Shown in pieces: positions 22,283 to 33,022 of a stretch of 64,000 nt of DNA. A program made the translations under genes and the position numbers. The first letter of the stretch is position 1; every line of letters starts with the position of its first letter. The notes under the pieces are model-generated. The model saw only the letters and a program-made list of their open reading frames with translations. It did not search any database and was not told the origin of the DNA. Source of the stretch: Candidatus Bathyarchaeota archaeon. Lineage in GTDB: Archaea > Thermoproteota > Bathyarchaeia > Bathyarchaeales > Bathycorpusculaceae. The DNA lies in assembly GCA_963739305.1 (NCBI GenBank), contig CAVTZU010000009.1, positions 1 to 64,000 on the forward strand, written 5' to 3'.

Positions 22283-22429
22283 ATGAGAAACACTAAACCA
22301 TTAAGATGCCAAAGATGCGGAAAACCTATTGGCTACGTCACTGTACTAGCGAAAGGCCTAACAGGTCTACAACAACCACTTCAAGACGTGAAGCTTATTG
22401 CCATTTGCCTTGAGTGTTCACAGAAATAG
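22283..22429 (+). CDS. 48-aa CxxC..CxxC zinc-finger microprotein
   Basis: Manual translation: MRNTKPLRCQRCGKPIGYVTVLAKGLTGLQQPLQDVKLIAICLECSQK. Confidence 0.6.
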   Translation: MRNTKPLRCQRCGKPIGYVTVLAKGLTGLQQPLQDVKLIAICLECSQK

Positions 22430-22469
22430 TACACGCTCAGTTTGGGCAGAGTTTCATTCCGAAATGGGC

Positions 22470-22965
22470 CTATGCTTTCGACTGAAGCTTCTTCGTTCTC
22501 CGTTTCATCTCATCAGATAGGTACTCCCAAAACCTGAACATGTTGGCGTTACCTGAATCTTTTCGCATTTCCCCGATAAGCGGTTCAACATCGTCCCAAG
22601 ACGACTCAATTATGTCGCCCCAGAAATCATACACGATGTCCGCTTCAACAAGTCTCCTGAAAACAAGTATACCCATCCCTTCAAAATAGTTCCCAAGTAT
22701 CTTCAACATTTTGTCCTCCTGCTTTCCAGAGTATTTCTCAACGATAATCCGCATAATTCTTGTACTCGATGGAGCAGACCTGAGCTATTGCTTCCTGCAC
22801 CTCTTCGGCGTTCATATTGAACCATGGAGATAGCCGAATGACGCTCTCCGTTTGTCTCAATCTACTCTGGTGCCGAATCTCCAAGACGTAGTACACGACT
22901 CCCGCCAGCACACCCGCAGACGCAATTACGATAGAAACGGTCTGTACGTCAAACATAGCTGACAC
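22470..22965 (-). CDS. DUF4760-like membrane-anchored protein; frameshift near 22742
   Basis: N-terminal TM, NYFEGMGILVFRRLV and FWEYL motifs across two overlapping ORFs. Confidence 0.65.
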
Positions 22966-23265
22966 CCTGACTAAAACGAGAGTGTTGATCTTGACAACTT
23001 AAACTTTTCAGCGAAATTGAAGCCAGTTAGTGAATCTTGAGTGTTCCGCCGACCTGTAGGCGTCAAGTTCAAGAAAGTTGAGGGGTGGCAGGCGAGATTC
23101 TGCGGTAACTCACATTACGGAACTCCATATGTTCACCGAGTACATCTGGGCACCAGCGCGCGCCAACCCATCCTTTACAAGACTATTCGCCGTATTCAGG
23201 TATAGCTTTCCCGGCGCAGTGTTTTTATATCATGCTCTGCCCCGTCTACCTTTGAGGAACGCGCT

Positions 23266-23574
23266 ATGGTCTTCGGTCTCACCCGAAAGTCCAAATACCG
23301 TGAATTGGAGAAGCAGAGAGACGAGTTAAAGGCGTACATGAATGTCTTGACCGCCGAGATGGGAACGCTTCGAAAAGAATTTGCAGAGTTGAAAAAGGAC
23401 ATGAGGGCCTCCAAAGAAAGGACCCGTCGACTTCAGGAAGAGACGAACACCCTTCGCGTCCAAAGACAGGGACTCACCGATTCCATCGAAATCCTCACCA
23501 AGGAAAGGGAGATCTTTCAAAAAACCATTCAAGAACTCTGCCAGGCCGTAAGGAAACAAAAGCGCATTCGTTGA
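23266..23574 (+). CDS. Small coiled-coil hypothetical protein
   Basis: 102-aa heptad-rich ORF. Confidence 0.6.
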   Translation: MVFGLTRKSKYRELEKQRDELKAYMNVLTAEMGTLRKEFAELKKDMRASKERTRRLQEETNTLRVQRQGLTDSIEILTKEREIFQKTIQELCQAVRKQKRIR

Positions 23575-23671
23575 CTTTTCCTATACTAAATTTTCTCAAC
23601 CATCAAAACTACTTTTATTCCACCATTCACTAACCTTCAAATGTATATCCTAAACAAAAAAGCGACCTATC

Positions 23672-24718
23672 ATGGAAACAGCCCCTCCGCCAACTCTCAT
23701 CGACGTCTTAAGAAGACAAAAGTACCATCTCATTGGGCGACATTCCGCAGTGAAAAGATGCAGATGGTTCTATGAAACACTAATCAATGACCGCCCGTGT
23801 TACAAACAAAAGTTCTACGGCATAAAAACACATCAGTGCATTCAAATGACCCCTGCCACATTCTATTGCACTCAAAAATGCATCTTCTGTTGGAGAGCCC
23901 AGACCGAAGACCTCCACCTAACGTGGAATGAAATGAACCTCCCAACATGGGACAACCCAGAGGAAATAATCGAGAAAAGCATCGAAGCCCAGGAACACAT
24001 CCTGACCGGCTACCCTGACAACCCGAAAACCAACATGAGAAAATATCGAGAAGCACTTAGACCAAGACACGTAGCCATAAGTCTAACCGGCGAACCCACA
24101 CTCTACGAACACCTCGGCGACCTCATCCAGGCCTTTCACAGAAAAGGCTTCACAACGTTTCTGGTATCAAACGGAACCATCCCGACTGCCCTGAAAGACT
24201 TGAAAGAAGAGCCCACGCAACTCTACATTTCCCTCTGTGCCCCCGACAAAGAAACATACAAACAGACGTGCAGACCGCAAATTTCAAGAGCCTGGCAGAA
24301 AATCAACGAAACCCTAGAACTTTTGCCCAGCTTCAAGTGTCCAACTGCACTGCGAATAACGGCGGTCCATGGGTTAAACCTGAAAAACCCGGCAGCTTAT
24401 TCCAGACTCATCGAAAAAGCGAACCCAACGTACATCGAGGCAAAATCCTACATGCACGTGGGCTTCTCGAGACTCCGACTGGGCTATGAGGGCATGGCAA
24501 CTCACGAAGAGATCCGTAATTTCTCCATCGAGCTAGCGAAAGAAACAGGTTACAACTTGATAGATGAATCAAAGGACAGCCGCGTCGTACTATTAAGCAG
24601 GCTTGAACGTCCGCTTGAAGTTCGGCGACGGTTGAACTGCATTGTAATCAATACAGAAACAAGGGATTGTTACAGATCAACATTAATTTTTGTTGAATTG
24701 AATGAGAACAAAACTTAA
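23672..24718 (+). CDS. taw1: 4-demethylwyosine synthase Taw1/TYW1 (radical SAM); true stop probably TGA at 24633-24635 after a +1 indel
   Basis: HSAVKRC, CYKQKFYGI, CTQKCIFCWR, SLTGEPTLY, YMHVGFSR.RL, SRVVLL; alternative frame gives PLKFGDG-stop. Confidence 0.92.
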   Translation: METAPPPTLIDVLRRQKYHLIGRHSAVKRCRWFYETLINDRPCYKQKFYGIKTHQCIQMTPATFYCTQKCIFCWRAQTEDLHLTWNEMNLPTWDNPEEIIEKSIEAQEHILTGYPDNPKTNMRKYREALRPRHVAISLTGEPTLYEHLGDLIQAFHRKGFTTFLVSNGTIPTALKDLKEEPTQLYISLCAPDKETYKQTCRPQISRAWQKINETLELLPSFKCPTALRITAVHGLNLKNPAAYSRLIEKANPTYIEAKSYMHVGFSRLRLGYEGMATHEEIRNFSIELAKETGYNLIDESKDSRVVLLSRLERPLEVRRRLNCIVINTETRDCYRSTLIFVELNENKT

Positions 24719-24777
24719 ATATTCGCAAGGTCGAAAGTGTGCTCTTTATACTACAGATTGAATCAAGGTGTCAGCGG

Positions 24778-24957
24778 TTGGTCAGTAACGGAAAAGGACG
24801 ATTATTCAAGAGAAAAGACGGAAAATATCTAGTCTACCTACCCAAAGACCTGGCCGAAGACAGCATATTCCCCTTCAAAGGCTCAGATTCTGTCTTCGTC
24901 AAAATAACCTTCAAACTCGGCGACAATAAACTGCTGGTAGAAAACTGGAAAGAGTAA
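24778..24957 (+). CDS. Small AbrB/MazE-like swapped-hairpin protein
   Basis: GKGRLFKRKDGKYLVYLPKDLAEDSIFPF..VKITF..KLLVE; TTG start. Confidence 0.6.
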   Translation: MVSNGKGRLFKRKDGKYLVYLPKDLAEDSIFPFKGSDSVFVKITFKLGDNKLLVENWKE

Positions 24958-25066
24958 TCAAAAGAGTAGAACACTTATCATTCTCCAGCAACTTCAAATT
25001 CTAATCCACAGTTAGTGCGCGCTAATACTCGATCGATCGTTTGGGCAAGAACTTAGCGCCTGTTGG

Positions 25067-26027
25067 TCAGGAGATTTGCAGACTGAAAAACATTAAGAAG
25101 AATATTACAATGCCAGTTGAGATGCCAAAGACCATCGCTGATGCACCGCGACGTAGATTTCCTAATCGAACGTTGATAGGAGCAGCATAAGCGAAAAACG
25201 CCATTGAAAGAGCGGTCACCACTCCCCATGTGACGGCCCAGTACATCGGCGCCAATGTTCCGTAGATATTCCTTCCTAGATTAAAGAAGAAGTCAAGCAG
25301 TGGATATGACAATAAATAGATGAGGAAAAGGGGTTTTGCTCTGTACCCTTCTATTTGCTTATCTAAGAAGTCAAAACATTCCCTTTCTTTGAATGGGACA
25401 AACCAATTGGTCATCGGGAACTTCCCTAGCCTCAGAATGTGTCCCTTGGGTCAATTCCCAACTCGTCCAGACCAAAGAACAAGTGAACAGACGCGTATCT
25501 AACCACTGCACTTTCAAGATCTATTTCAATCTTTGGAAAGGCGGCCATACCAAAAAGTACGAACCCTGCACAGACAGGTAAAGTCACAATCATCAAGGGA
25601 ATGATCGGATTACCGACGTAGAAACCTTGCATCGAAAAAGTATAGATACCATTGAAACAAAATCGTCACGAAAGCAATAACGAACATGAGCCAAATGAAA
25701 CCCTGCGTGAGATTGAAGGCTCGAGTCACAAAGGTTCTCGATATTGATGCGAAGAGATGATGGCTCGGTTTCCTTCCCCACGGACTTCTGAAGGAAGTTC
25801 ACGGCCAATTGACCTTTGTCGGACAAACTGTACTTTCTGCTTTCGTCCTTCTTGATCAGATCTCCCAGTATCTTGAGATGATAATTGAATTTCCCAGTAT
25901 TCGTAATTCCCACAAGGTTCATCAGATCAACGTACGAAACGCTTCCGTTCTTAGACAGGGTTAGGATAATCTTCCGCCTGATCTGATTCTTTAAGACGTC
26001 GCTCAACGATTCGAAATTTACGCTCAA
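25067..26027 (-). CDS. ArsR-like winged HTH fused to a membrane domain, broken into three ORFs (frameshifted or pseudogene)
   Basis: LKNQIRRKII..YVDLMNLVGITNTGKFNYHLKILGDLI; hydrophobic segments continue in 25432..25632 and 25067..25414. Confidence 0.6.
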
Positions 26028-26155
26028 CTATTCCAGCGCCCGCACTCAAATGAAGCATACCGCTAAGACTCGATTTAAAGCTGTTTGACTAAAAGACTTA
26101 TCAAGAACTAGTTATCGCGCCGTGCATTGTTTTTCCCAAGTACGTTTTAAGATCG

Positions 26156-26505
26156 ATGAATAGGTTACCTAGAGAGCGTGGTATGGTCTTTGGCACCTCA
26201 TGGCAGACTGCACACAACAGCTTCAACGGTCAAAGAAAGAATGGTGTAAATAAACTGGGCAATCCTCGAATTCTGCAAATACACTTCCACACGTTTCGTC
26301 ATTGGAAGGCGACGATGAAGTATCATCGGACGAAAGATATTCTTCATGTGATGAGATTATTGGGGCATAAGAACGTCGCTAATACGTTGATCTACACGCA
26401 ATTAGTTGAGTTTGGGAGCGATGAATACTGTTCCGCAGTGGCGGATAATGTCGGTGAGGCAAAAAAACTAATCGAAGCCGGATTTGAGTACGTCTGCAGC
26501 CATAA
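26156..26505 (+). pseudogene. C-terminal remnant of a tyrosine recombinase/integrase
   Basis: HFHTFRHWKAT (HxxR), LLGHKN, TLIYTQL (catalytic Tyr), AKKLIEAGFEYV; N-terminal half absent. Confidence 0.8.
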
Positions 26506-26624
26506 GGCGGTCGATTTCTCTCGGTGCCATCAAAGAATAAACTACAATCGTTCGTGCGTAGCCAAGGATGTGTTACTTTCTTATAGGTGCAAGCCAGTCT
26601 GTAGCCTGCTGAGGTGCTCGGAAG

Positions 26625-27596
26625 TTGACAAGTCTTCTCGATCCATTGGAAATAAAAGGATTGACTCTCAGAAATCGAATAGTCATGCCTCCTATGCAAA
26701 CGGGCCGAGCCACAATTAAGGGCGCGGTCACCGACAGACTGATTGGTTTCTACACAAGACGTTCAGGGACATTAGGCTTGTTGATTGTTGAACACTGCTA
26801 TGTCTCTGAACGTGGAAAACTGAGTTACAAGCAGCTGGGGATCTACGATGACGAGTTGATTGAAGGACTAGAGCGGCTCGCGAGCAAAATTCACGCGTTA
26901 GCAACCCCCGTCGTTGTCCAGATCTCACACGCAGGAGGCGTTGCGATCAGGGAAGTCATCGGCAGTGAACCCGCGGGTCCATCAGCAACCAAGCTCAGCC
27001 GTGAACTCTCCAGAAGCGAGATTGACGATTCAGCTGAAGAGTTCGCGACGGCTGCAGAACGCGCAATTAAAGCGGGTTTTGACGGAGTTGAGCTTCACGG
27101 AGCCCACGGCTTCCTGCTCAACCAATTCTTCTCCCCGCTGCTCAATAAGCGTGAGGACGAGTACGGCGGCTCTCTCGAGAACAGAATGCGTTTTCCTCTG
27201 ATGGTTGTGGAGAGAGTTCGAGAACGAATAAAAAACCGGCTTCTGCTCTACCGATTGGGCGCAGACGACCTTGACCCTAACGGGACGCACATCGAAGACG
27301 CTGTCGCCTTCGCAGTGAAGCTTGAGCAACACGGCGTTGACGTTATCGATGTGTCGGGCGGGTTGTGCGGAAGCGAACCCAAGCAGCTTCGAAACGTAAA
27401 AGGCTACTTCATCCCTCAAGCCTACGAAATAAAAAAGGCCGTAAGTGTTCCCGTTGTCGGCGTGGGAGGAATCACCCAAGCAGAATACGCGGACAAACTA
27501 GTTCGAGACAGAAAAGTTGACCTAGTTGCTGTCGGCAGAGCACTTTGGAAGGATCCGAAGTGGGCCGAGAAAGCTGTTGAGACCCTGAAAGCCTAA
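26625..27596 (+). CDS. NADH:flavin oxidoreductase (old yellow enzyme family)
   Basis: LRNRIVMPPM, QISHAG, AGFDGVELHGAHGFLLNQF.SP, YGGSLENR, VAVGR. Confidence 0.92.
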   Translation: MTSLLDPLEIKGLTLRNRIVMPPMQTGRATIKGAVTDRLIGFYTRRSGTLGLLIVEHCYVSERGKLSYKQLGIYDDELIEGLERLASKIHALATPVVVQISHAGGVAIREVIGSEPAGPSATKLSRELSRSEIDDSAEEFATAAERAIKAGFDGVELHGAHGFLLNQFFSPLLNKREDEYGGSLENRMRFPLMVVERVRERIKNRLLLYRLGADDLDPNGTHIEDAVAFAVKLEQHGVDVIDVSGGLCGSEPKQLRNVKGYFIPQAYEIKKAVSVPVVGVGGITQAEYADKLVRDRKVDLVAVGRALWKDPKWAEKAVETLKA

Positions 27597-27737
27597 TCAC
27601 CCCCCACGAGTATCGAAGATAGTTGAGGTTATGATGTGCCATCCAAATGCGTTTCTGGCAAATCTTTATATGAGCGGAAAAGATATGGCGTGAGGTTACA
27701 ATAAGGGCGAACGTAAAAAAAGCAGGAATCGACCATT

Positions 27738-28685
27738 TTGACAAATCCGTCAATTGAAGCATCAAATCTTTCCAAGCGTTACGGCTCGTTTCTCGCCGTA
27801 TCAAACCTAAATTTGAAAATCGAAGGGTCAAAGTGCGTTGGATTCTTGGGGCCAAACGGCGCAGGAAAGACAACCACCCTCAAAATGTTCACTGACCTAA
27901 TCAGGCCTTCAACTGGACAAGCTCTGATAAACGGAGTAAACGTTCACACCAACAAGAAAAAAGCGCTGGCTTCCGTCGGTTCACTCATCGAAACGCCCGA
28001 AATCTATTCATCGCTGACCGCCAGAGAAGGGCTTATGATGATAGCCGAAATCAGAGGCGTGCCCCGCGCAGAGCGAAACAAAAGAATCGAAGAAGCCGTT
28101 TCAGAAGTGCGAATGGAAGAATGGATTGACAAAAGAATCGGCAAGTTCTCGAAGGGAATGAAACAAAGAATATGCATAGCCTCGGCTCTGCTCAGCCAAC
28201 CAGACATTCTCCTCCTCGATGAGCCGAGCAACGGGCTTGACCCCAGGGGAATGAGCGAAGTCAGAGATATCGTAAGATCTCTCAAGAATAAGAAAAGACT
28301 AATTTTCATGAGCTCCCACATTCTCAGCGAGGTTTCCGAAGTCTGCGATGAAGTTGCGATGATCGACCATGGAAAACTGATCGTTTACGACACGATTTCC
28401 AACGTGACAGCCAAGTTTTCTGCAGGAGAAAACATCGTCGAAGTTGGACTGCAGCGTCCTATCGGCGCCGATTTCGTGTCCAAGTCTATCGCTAACCTCC
28501 CTGGCGTGGTTGCAGCTGAAAGGAAAGACGAGAGAAACCTCAGGATCAGGTTCAAAGGAGATTTAGAAAGTCAAGCACAGATCCTTTCTGAGCTGGTAAG
28601 CATGAATATCGGAGTGGTTAGCTACAAGCCAGCCACGTCGGAACTGGAAGATGCTTACCTCAAGCTGATCAAAGAGACGGTGTGA
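27738..28685 (+). CDS. ABC transporter ATP-binding protein
   Basis: GPNGAGKTT, FSKGMKQR, LLDEP, SSH. Confidence 0.93.
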   Translation: MTNPSIEASNLSKRYGSFLAVSNLNLKIEGSKCVGFLGPNGAGKTTTLKMFTDLIRPSTGQALINGVNVHTNKKKALASVGSLIETPEIYSSLTAREGLMMIAEIRGVPRAERNKRIEEAVSEVRMEEWIDKRIGKFSKGMKQRICIASALLSQPDILLLDEPSNGLDPRGMSEVRDIVRSLKNKKRLIFMSSHILSEVSEVCDEVAMIDHGKLIVYDTISNVTAKFSAGENIVEVGLQRPIGADFVSKSIANLPGVVAAERKDERNLRIRFKGDLESQAQILSELVSMNIGVVSYKPATSELEDAYLKLIKETV

Positions 28686-29546
28686 TTGAAATGAACGAGA
28701 CACAAACTGCACCTAGCAACGTAGTGCCGAGCAGCATTGCACAAGTCGGCATTACGATGAAGTACACGTTTCTCGACTACTTCAGATCCCGTAGATTTTT
28801 CATACTCCTTATCATAAGTCTCTTGGTATCCGCTCTTCTAACGATCTTGGTAGGCTACTACCGTCCCGAGAGTTTTCTTGCGTCGGATCTATCTTTCTAT
28901 GACTAGCTGGTGGGGAAACTCCGTAACCTTCGTGATCATACTCTCTGGAATCTTCTTCGGGGGAGACGCTATTTCAGGGGAATTTCAGAACAAGACAGGC
29001 TACTTCGGAATCCCCAACCCGATTAGAAGATCGTCAATATATATCGGGAAGTGGCTTGCAGCTTTCTTCGCCGCTACCATGATACTTCTTGTATTCACAG
29101 TAATCACGGTGGGAAACGGGATATACTATTTTGGGGCAAACGTGCCATATCAGTTCGCGGAATCTCTGCTATTCGCATGGTTCTATCTTGCCGCCGTCCT
29201 TGGATTCACGTTCTTCTTCAGCTCGTTGTTCAAGAGCAGCTCGATGTCCATCATCGTAACCGCCATACTTTTCCTCTTCGTATTCTCACTAATACAAACA
29301 CTCGTTGCAAACCTTGTCAAAATAGAGCCCTGGTTCATTCTGACCTACGGAGCCGGCATAATCGGAAACATACTGACTGTTCCCTACCCAGACCACATTC
29401 ACACCGAAACCTTTGGTGCAGCAGGAAGAATAACTATAACCACATACAATGCCACGATCCCAGAAGGACTTGCCATATTAGGACTTTACTTCATCATCAC
29501 CGCGATTCTAGGACTGTTGCTTTTCGAGAGAAAGGAGTTTACCTGA
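28682..29546 (+). CDS. ABC-2 type permease; frameshift near 28903
   Basis: DAISGEFQNKTG..PIRRSSIYIGK, multiple TM helices, FERKE end. Confidence 0.85.
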
Positions 29547-29656
29547 GCAAGACTCAAACAAGATAGGCAACAGCACAAAGTCTAGGCACACACGATCATG
29601 TCTCTAATGCTTCTATAACTATTTCTGGTTATTCACGCGTGCCCCTGCCTAAGCGT

Positions 29657-30004
29657 CTAAGACTTGAGCTGGAACCCACAATAGGGACAGAAAGCAAATT
29701 CACCTTCAGGGACAGCCTTTCCACACTGGGGACACGGCACCGCACTCTTGGTCGCCATCGAAGCCAATTGCCCCACGAACCTCAGATAGACACGCGAGTA
29801 ATAGAGATACACCACAAATCCAAGCGCAGCAATCACAATCCCCAAGATTCCCAAATTAAAGGAATTGCTTGCCAGCGACGTAGTCGAGAATCCAGCAACA
29901 GACACCACAATCCCTGCAATGCATACAACGAGACCGGCTCTCTCGTTTCGCTTCGCTTCCCTCATCACTTCTTGAAGAAGAGCGATCCTTGCCGCTTCAG
30001 ACAA
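29657..30004 (-). CDS. Two-TM protein with C-terminal zinc ribbon
   Basis: CPQCG..FCPYCG. Confidence 0.75.
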   Translation of the reverse strand: MSEAARIALLQEVMREAKRNERAGLVVCIAGIVVSVAGFSTTSLASNSFNLGILGIVIAALGFVVYLYYSRVYLRFVGQLASMATKSAVPCPQCGKAVPEGEFAFCPYCGFQLKS

Positions 30005-30220
30005 ATCAAGAACCTCTTCTGCAAAATATCTCAGGCAGGAAAATTAAACGTTTCGTAACACAAGGCCGAAAAAAGACAAATCATGACAGCTCCGAAGTGT
30101 TCTTGATCCTTGAGTCAGATAACCATGAATGTTATATTCAAATAAGAATATTTATACTCCAAACGTTCCTTTAACACATAGTACTCGCAATTAATATCCA
30201 AAACGTCAAAAACTCCATGG

Positions 30221-30481
30221 GTGTCAGGATTGATTGAAGCTTTCGTGCTCGTCAGCGTGAAGGAAGATGCATCAAGTCCAGATCTCGACTTCATGAACAA
30301 CGTCAAAAAAGAAATCGTCAAACTGAAAGGCGTCAAAGAAGTGAACGGCGTTTTTGGCCTTTACGACTTCGTCGTAAGAGTGGAAACTGAAACGCCGGAA
30401 GAGATGGGCATCTTAGTCACCCAAACCATGAGAATAATCAAGGGAGTAACAAAAACAGAAACGATGATCATAGGCTTCTAG
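30221..30481 (+). CDS. Stand-alone Lrp/AsnC ligand-binding (RAM) domain protein
   Basis: AFVLV..GVKEVNGVFGLYDFVVRVE..IKGVTKTETMI. Confidence 0.85.
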   Translation: MSGLIEAFVLVSVKEDASSPDLDFMNNVKKEIVKLKGVKEVNGVFGLYDFVVRVETETPEEMGILVTQTMRIIKGVTKTETMIIGF

Positions 30482-30581
30482 AAAGCTAATCGCGCAGTTC
30501 TGAGAACTCAGGTTGTTCATCAAAGAACGCGCTAGGCAGAGTGCAAATCTCGTTCTTAAGCCTGTTGTGCTTGTGGGAGTT

Positions 30582-31007
30582 TTATCTTGATGGTTTTCGA
30601 CTCATGAAAGCGAGTACAAAACTAGCTGCGGGAATAAGCCATCCGAAGGGCAGCAAGGGCAAACTGTAGACCCAGCCGCCGAAGACACTTGCCAACAGTA
30701 CATAGAGCAACGCGCCGTGTCCGAGGAATCCCCCGAACAACCCTCCCACGAGGACTAAGCTTGCGCCTACATCCGTAGTTCGCGATCGCGATCGATCGAT
30801 CCAAATTAGGACGCCGCCGATAAGCATGATTATTGCAGATATGAATACTAATGGCACTAGCAGGAAATAGACGAAGGGCAACGCGATCAAAGCCAACCCT
30901 GCGCTTACAAATCCTAGCATGGCTGAAGCCCTTCGATAGGCATTCTTCCTCGCGGCAACTCCTGAGGTTGGCTGCGTCATTCCCGAGGAATTGCTCGTTT
31001 CGGACAA
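30582..31007 (-). CDS. Small multi-TM membrane protein
   Basis: Hydrophobic 3' part of ORF 30582..31499; probable TTG start at 31007 (the upstream part overlaps a real + strand gene). Confidence 0.6.
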   Translation of the reverse strand: MSETSNSSGMTQPTSGVAARKNAYRRASAMLGFVSAGLALIALPFVYFLLVPLVFISAIIMLIGGVLIWIDRSRSRTTDVGASLVLVGGLFGGFLGHGALLYVLLASVFGGWVYSLPLLPFGWLIPAASFVLAFMSRKPSR

Positions 31008-31205
31008 CTCAAATTCTCCAAGTTGAAGCTGATTGCCTCGGCTTATATCTTTTCTATTGAGCGCACAAACAGGCAAAATAAAGACTAACCCGCATTCTGT
31101 CAAGAGCGCGTTGTAATAGGCAAAAAGGGGCAAAGAAAATCTAGGAATTTTGGACTCGAAAAGCTGATTAGACCGAAGATGGCTACGTAGAACTGGTGCG
31201 CAAAG

Positions 31206-31442
31206 TTGATCGTTGCATTTATTTTGGCGAAAGTCGAGGCGGGAAAGGATGCACAGGTGCTCGCTGAAACCACTAAGATACCAGGAGTCAAACAGGTAGT
31301 TCCAACCTACGGCGTTTATGATCTGCACGTGGAAGTTGCTTTCGACAAAATGGAAGAACTCGACAGGTTCATCTTCGAGGAAATCAGAAAGATTCCAGGC
31401 ATAAAAGAAACGGTGACCCTCGTAGCCTTCAAAGGGATATGA
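31206..31442 (+). CDS. Stand-alone Lrp/AsnC ligand-binding (RAM) domain protein
   Basis: AFILAKVEAG..PTYGVYDLHVEV..IRKIPGIKETVTL. Confidence 0.88.
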   Translation: MIVAFILAKVEAGKDAQVLAETTKIPGVKQVVPTYGVYDLHVEVAFDKMEELDRFIFEEIRKIPGIKETVTLVAFKGI

Positions 31443-31757
31443 ATGCCCAAAATAGGTGGCAGAGAAGTCTACTTTGTCAATGCGATGAACACGCAGCAAA
31501 TCGACTTTTTGATCGAGAAAGTGAGAGAAGTCGTAAAAGAGATGAAACTTCCTGTCGACTATGACGTTAGGATCTACAAGAACGTACTATCTTGTTGCGG
31601 AATCGGCGGTCTCAGCATAATAATTGAAATCGTCGGACCAGACGAAGACGGGATAAAGGCGATTGACATGAGAGCCATGTCTAGAATCCTTGAATTCTGC
31701 GAGAAAGAAGGCCTAGAAGTAGGACACCACTCAGTCGGACAATATGAATCCATGTAA
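31443..31757 (+). CDS. Hypothetical protein with SCCG motif
   Basis: 104-aa ORF abutting the RAM gene. Confidence 0.65.
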   Translation: MPKIGGREVYFVNAMNTQQIDFLIEKVREVVKEMKLPVDYDVRIYKNVLSCCGIGGLSIIIEIVGPDEDGIKAIDMRAMSRILEFCEKEGLEVGHHSVGQYESM

Positions 31758-31784
31758 ACAAGAAAAAGAACGCGTGATGACTTT

Positions 31785-32876
31785 ATGGGATCCAAGGTTG
31801 CTTTGATCAGATTTGAGGACCAAGTTCAAGCATCTTTTGACCAAGCACTCAAACTGATCGGAGGCATAGACGAACTCAACACTCCCCAACGAGCCATAAC
31901 AATCAAAGTGGGGGTTTTCAGTCCAAACGCGGACAATCACACTTCAGTCAGAGTAGTAGATGCCATTGCCAGAAGCTTTGGCAAAGCTCCGCGGATGCTG
32001 CTGGTTGAATCAGACAACTATAGGGGAAAAGCCTTGAGCAGACTTCAAGTCTGGAAGGAGCTCTTCTCAAACCGACTGGTTCCGTTCAGTCTATCAAATG
32101 ATCCAGAAACCAAAAAAGTCAAAGTTGCAGGTGAAGAACTGAGTTTGTCAAGGGTTCTTTTCAAACCAAACGTTTTCGTGAGCACCCACGTGCTTCGAAG
32201 CTATGAGAGAGGAAGTGTGCTGAAGAACCTGCTAGGTCTAGTTCCAGACACAGAAAAAGCAAGGTTTCACAAAAAGCTCGAAATACTCCTTCCCGACATT
32301 TTTGAGGCCATAGGCGGCATAGACTTGGCTGTCCTAGATGGGACTTACCTGCACCGCGGCGTAGGCGCCAACTCTCACGTGAGCTCAGAAAATGCAGAGA
32401 ACATGACCAAGATGAACATCTTACTGGTTGGAAGAGACGCGGTTGCTGTTGAAACAATCGGCGCAGTTATCGCAGGTTTGCACCCTGAAAAGATGCCGGT
32501 ATTGCAGGAATTCGTGAAGAGAGGCCTTGGAGAAGGAGATCCACAGAAAATAGAGGTGGTTGGAGACTCCTTCGAAGAAATCAAGAAAAAATCTACAAAC
32601 CTGTTGAGAACACAAAAGAAGCTTCGCCCTCGAGGATCAATGCCTCAGACTTGGGGTGGGCAAGCTCACCGCATCATGAAGAATCTCACACTTGAGGGCT
32701 TCTTTAAACTGCCAAATAAGAGAACAAAAACAGATGTTGCGAAAGCCTTCGAGGCCAGAGAGCTCTCAGTGAAAGGCAAGAACGCCAACCTGTCGCGCAT
32801 CCTATCGTTGCGAGTAGAGAAAGGAATCTTGAAAACAGAAAAGAACGAAGATAAATGGGTCTATTGGACAGAATGA
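31785..32876 (+). CDS. DUF362 domain protein with probable C-terminal winged helix
   Basis: ALKLIGGI, LVES, LKNLLGL, LAVLDG, DAVAVE..G. Confidence 0.75.
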   Translation: MGSKVALIRFEDQVQASFDQALKLIGGIDELNTPQRAITIKVGVFSPNADNHTSVRVVDAIARSFGKAPRMLLVESDNYRGKALSRLQVWKELFSNRLVPFSLSNDPETKKVKVAGEELSLSRVLFKPNVFVSTHVLRSYERGSVLKNLLGLVPDTEKARFHKKLEILLPDIFEAIGGIDLAVLDGTYLHRGVGANSHVSSENAENMTKMNILLVGRDAVAVETIGAVIAGLHPEKMPVLQEFVKRGLGEGDPQKIEVVGDSFEEIKKKSTNLLRTQKKLRPRGSMPQTWGGQAHRIMKNLTLEGFFKLPNKRTKTDVAKAFEARELSVKGKNANLSRILSLRVEKGILKTEKNEDKWVYWTE

Positions 32877-33022
32877 TGTTAGCCCAAAGACTCCCAATCC
32901 TCAAGCATAGGGCCTATTCAAAACTGCTACCCTTGCAAATTGAAATACACACGCTTCCTCTTTTTTAAGGAAACAATATATCCTCAGTTTCACACTCTAA
33001 ACGGCAGTCAGGTGCTGATTTT

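Noticed and set aside
26156-26719. 187-aa intact integrase
   Set aside because: Lacks the N-terminal catalytic Arg region, and its tail is read-through overlapping the flavin oxidoreductase gene
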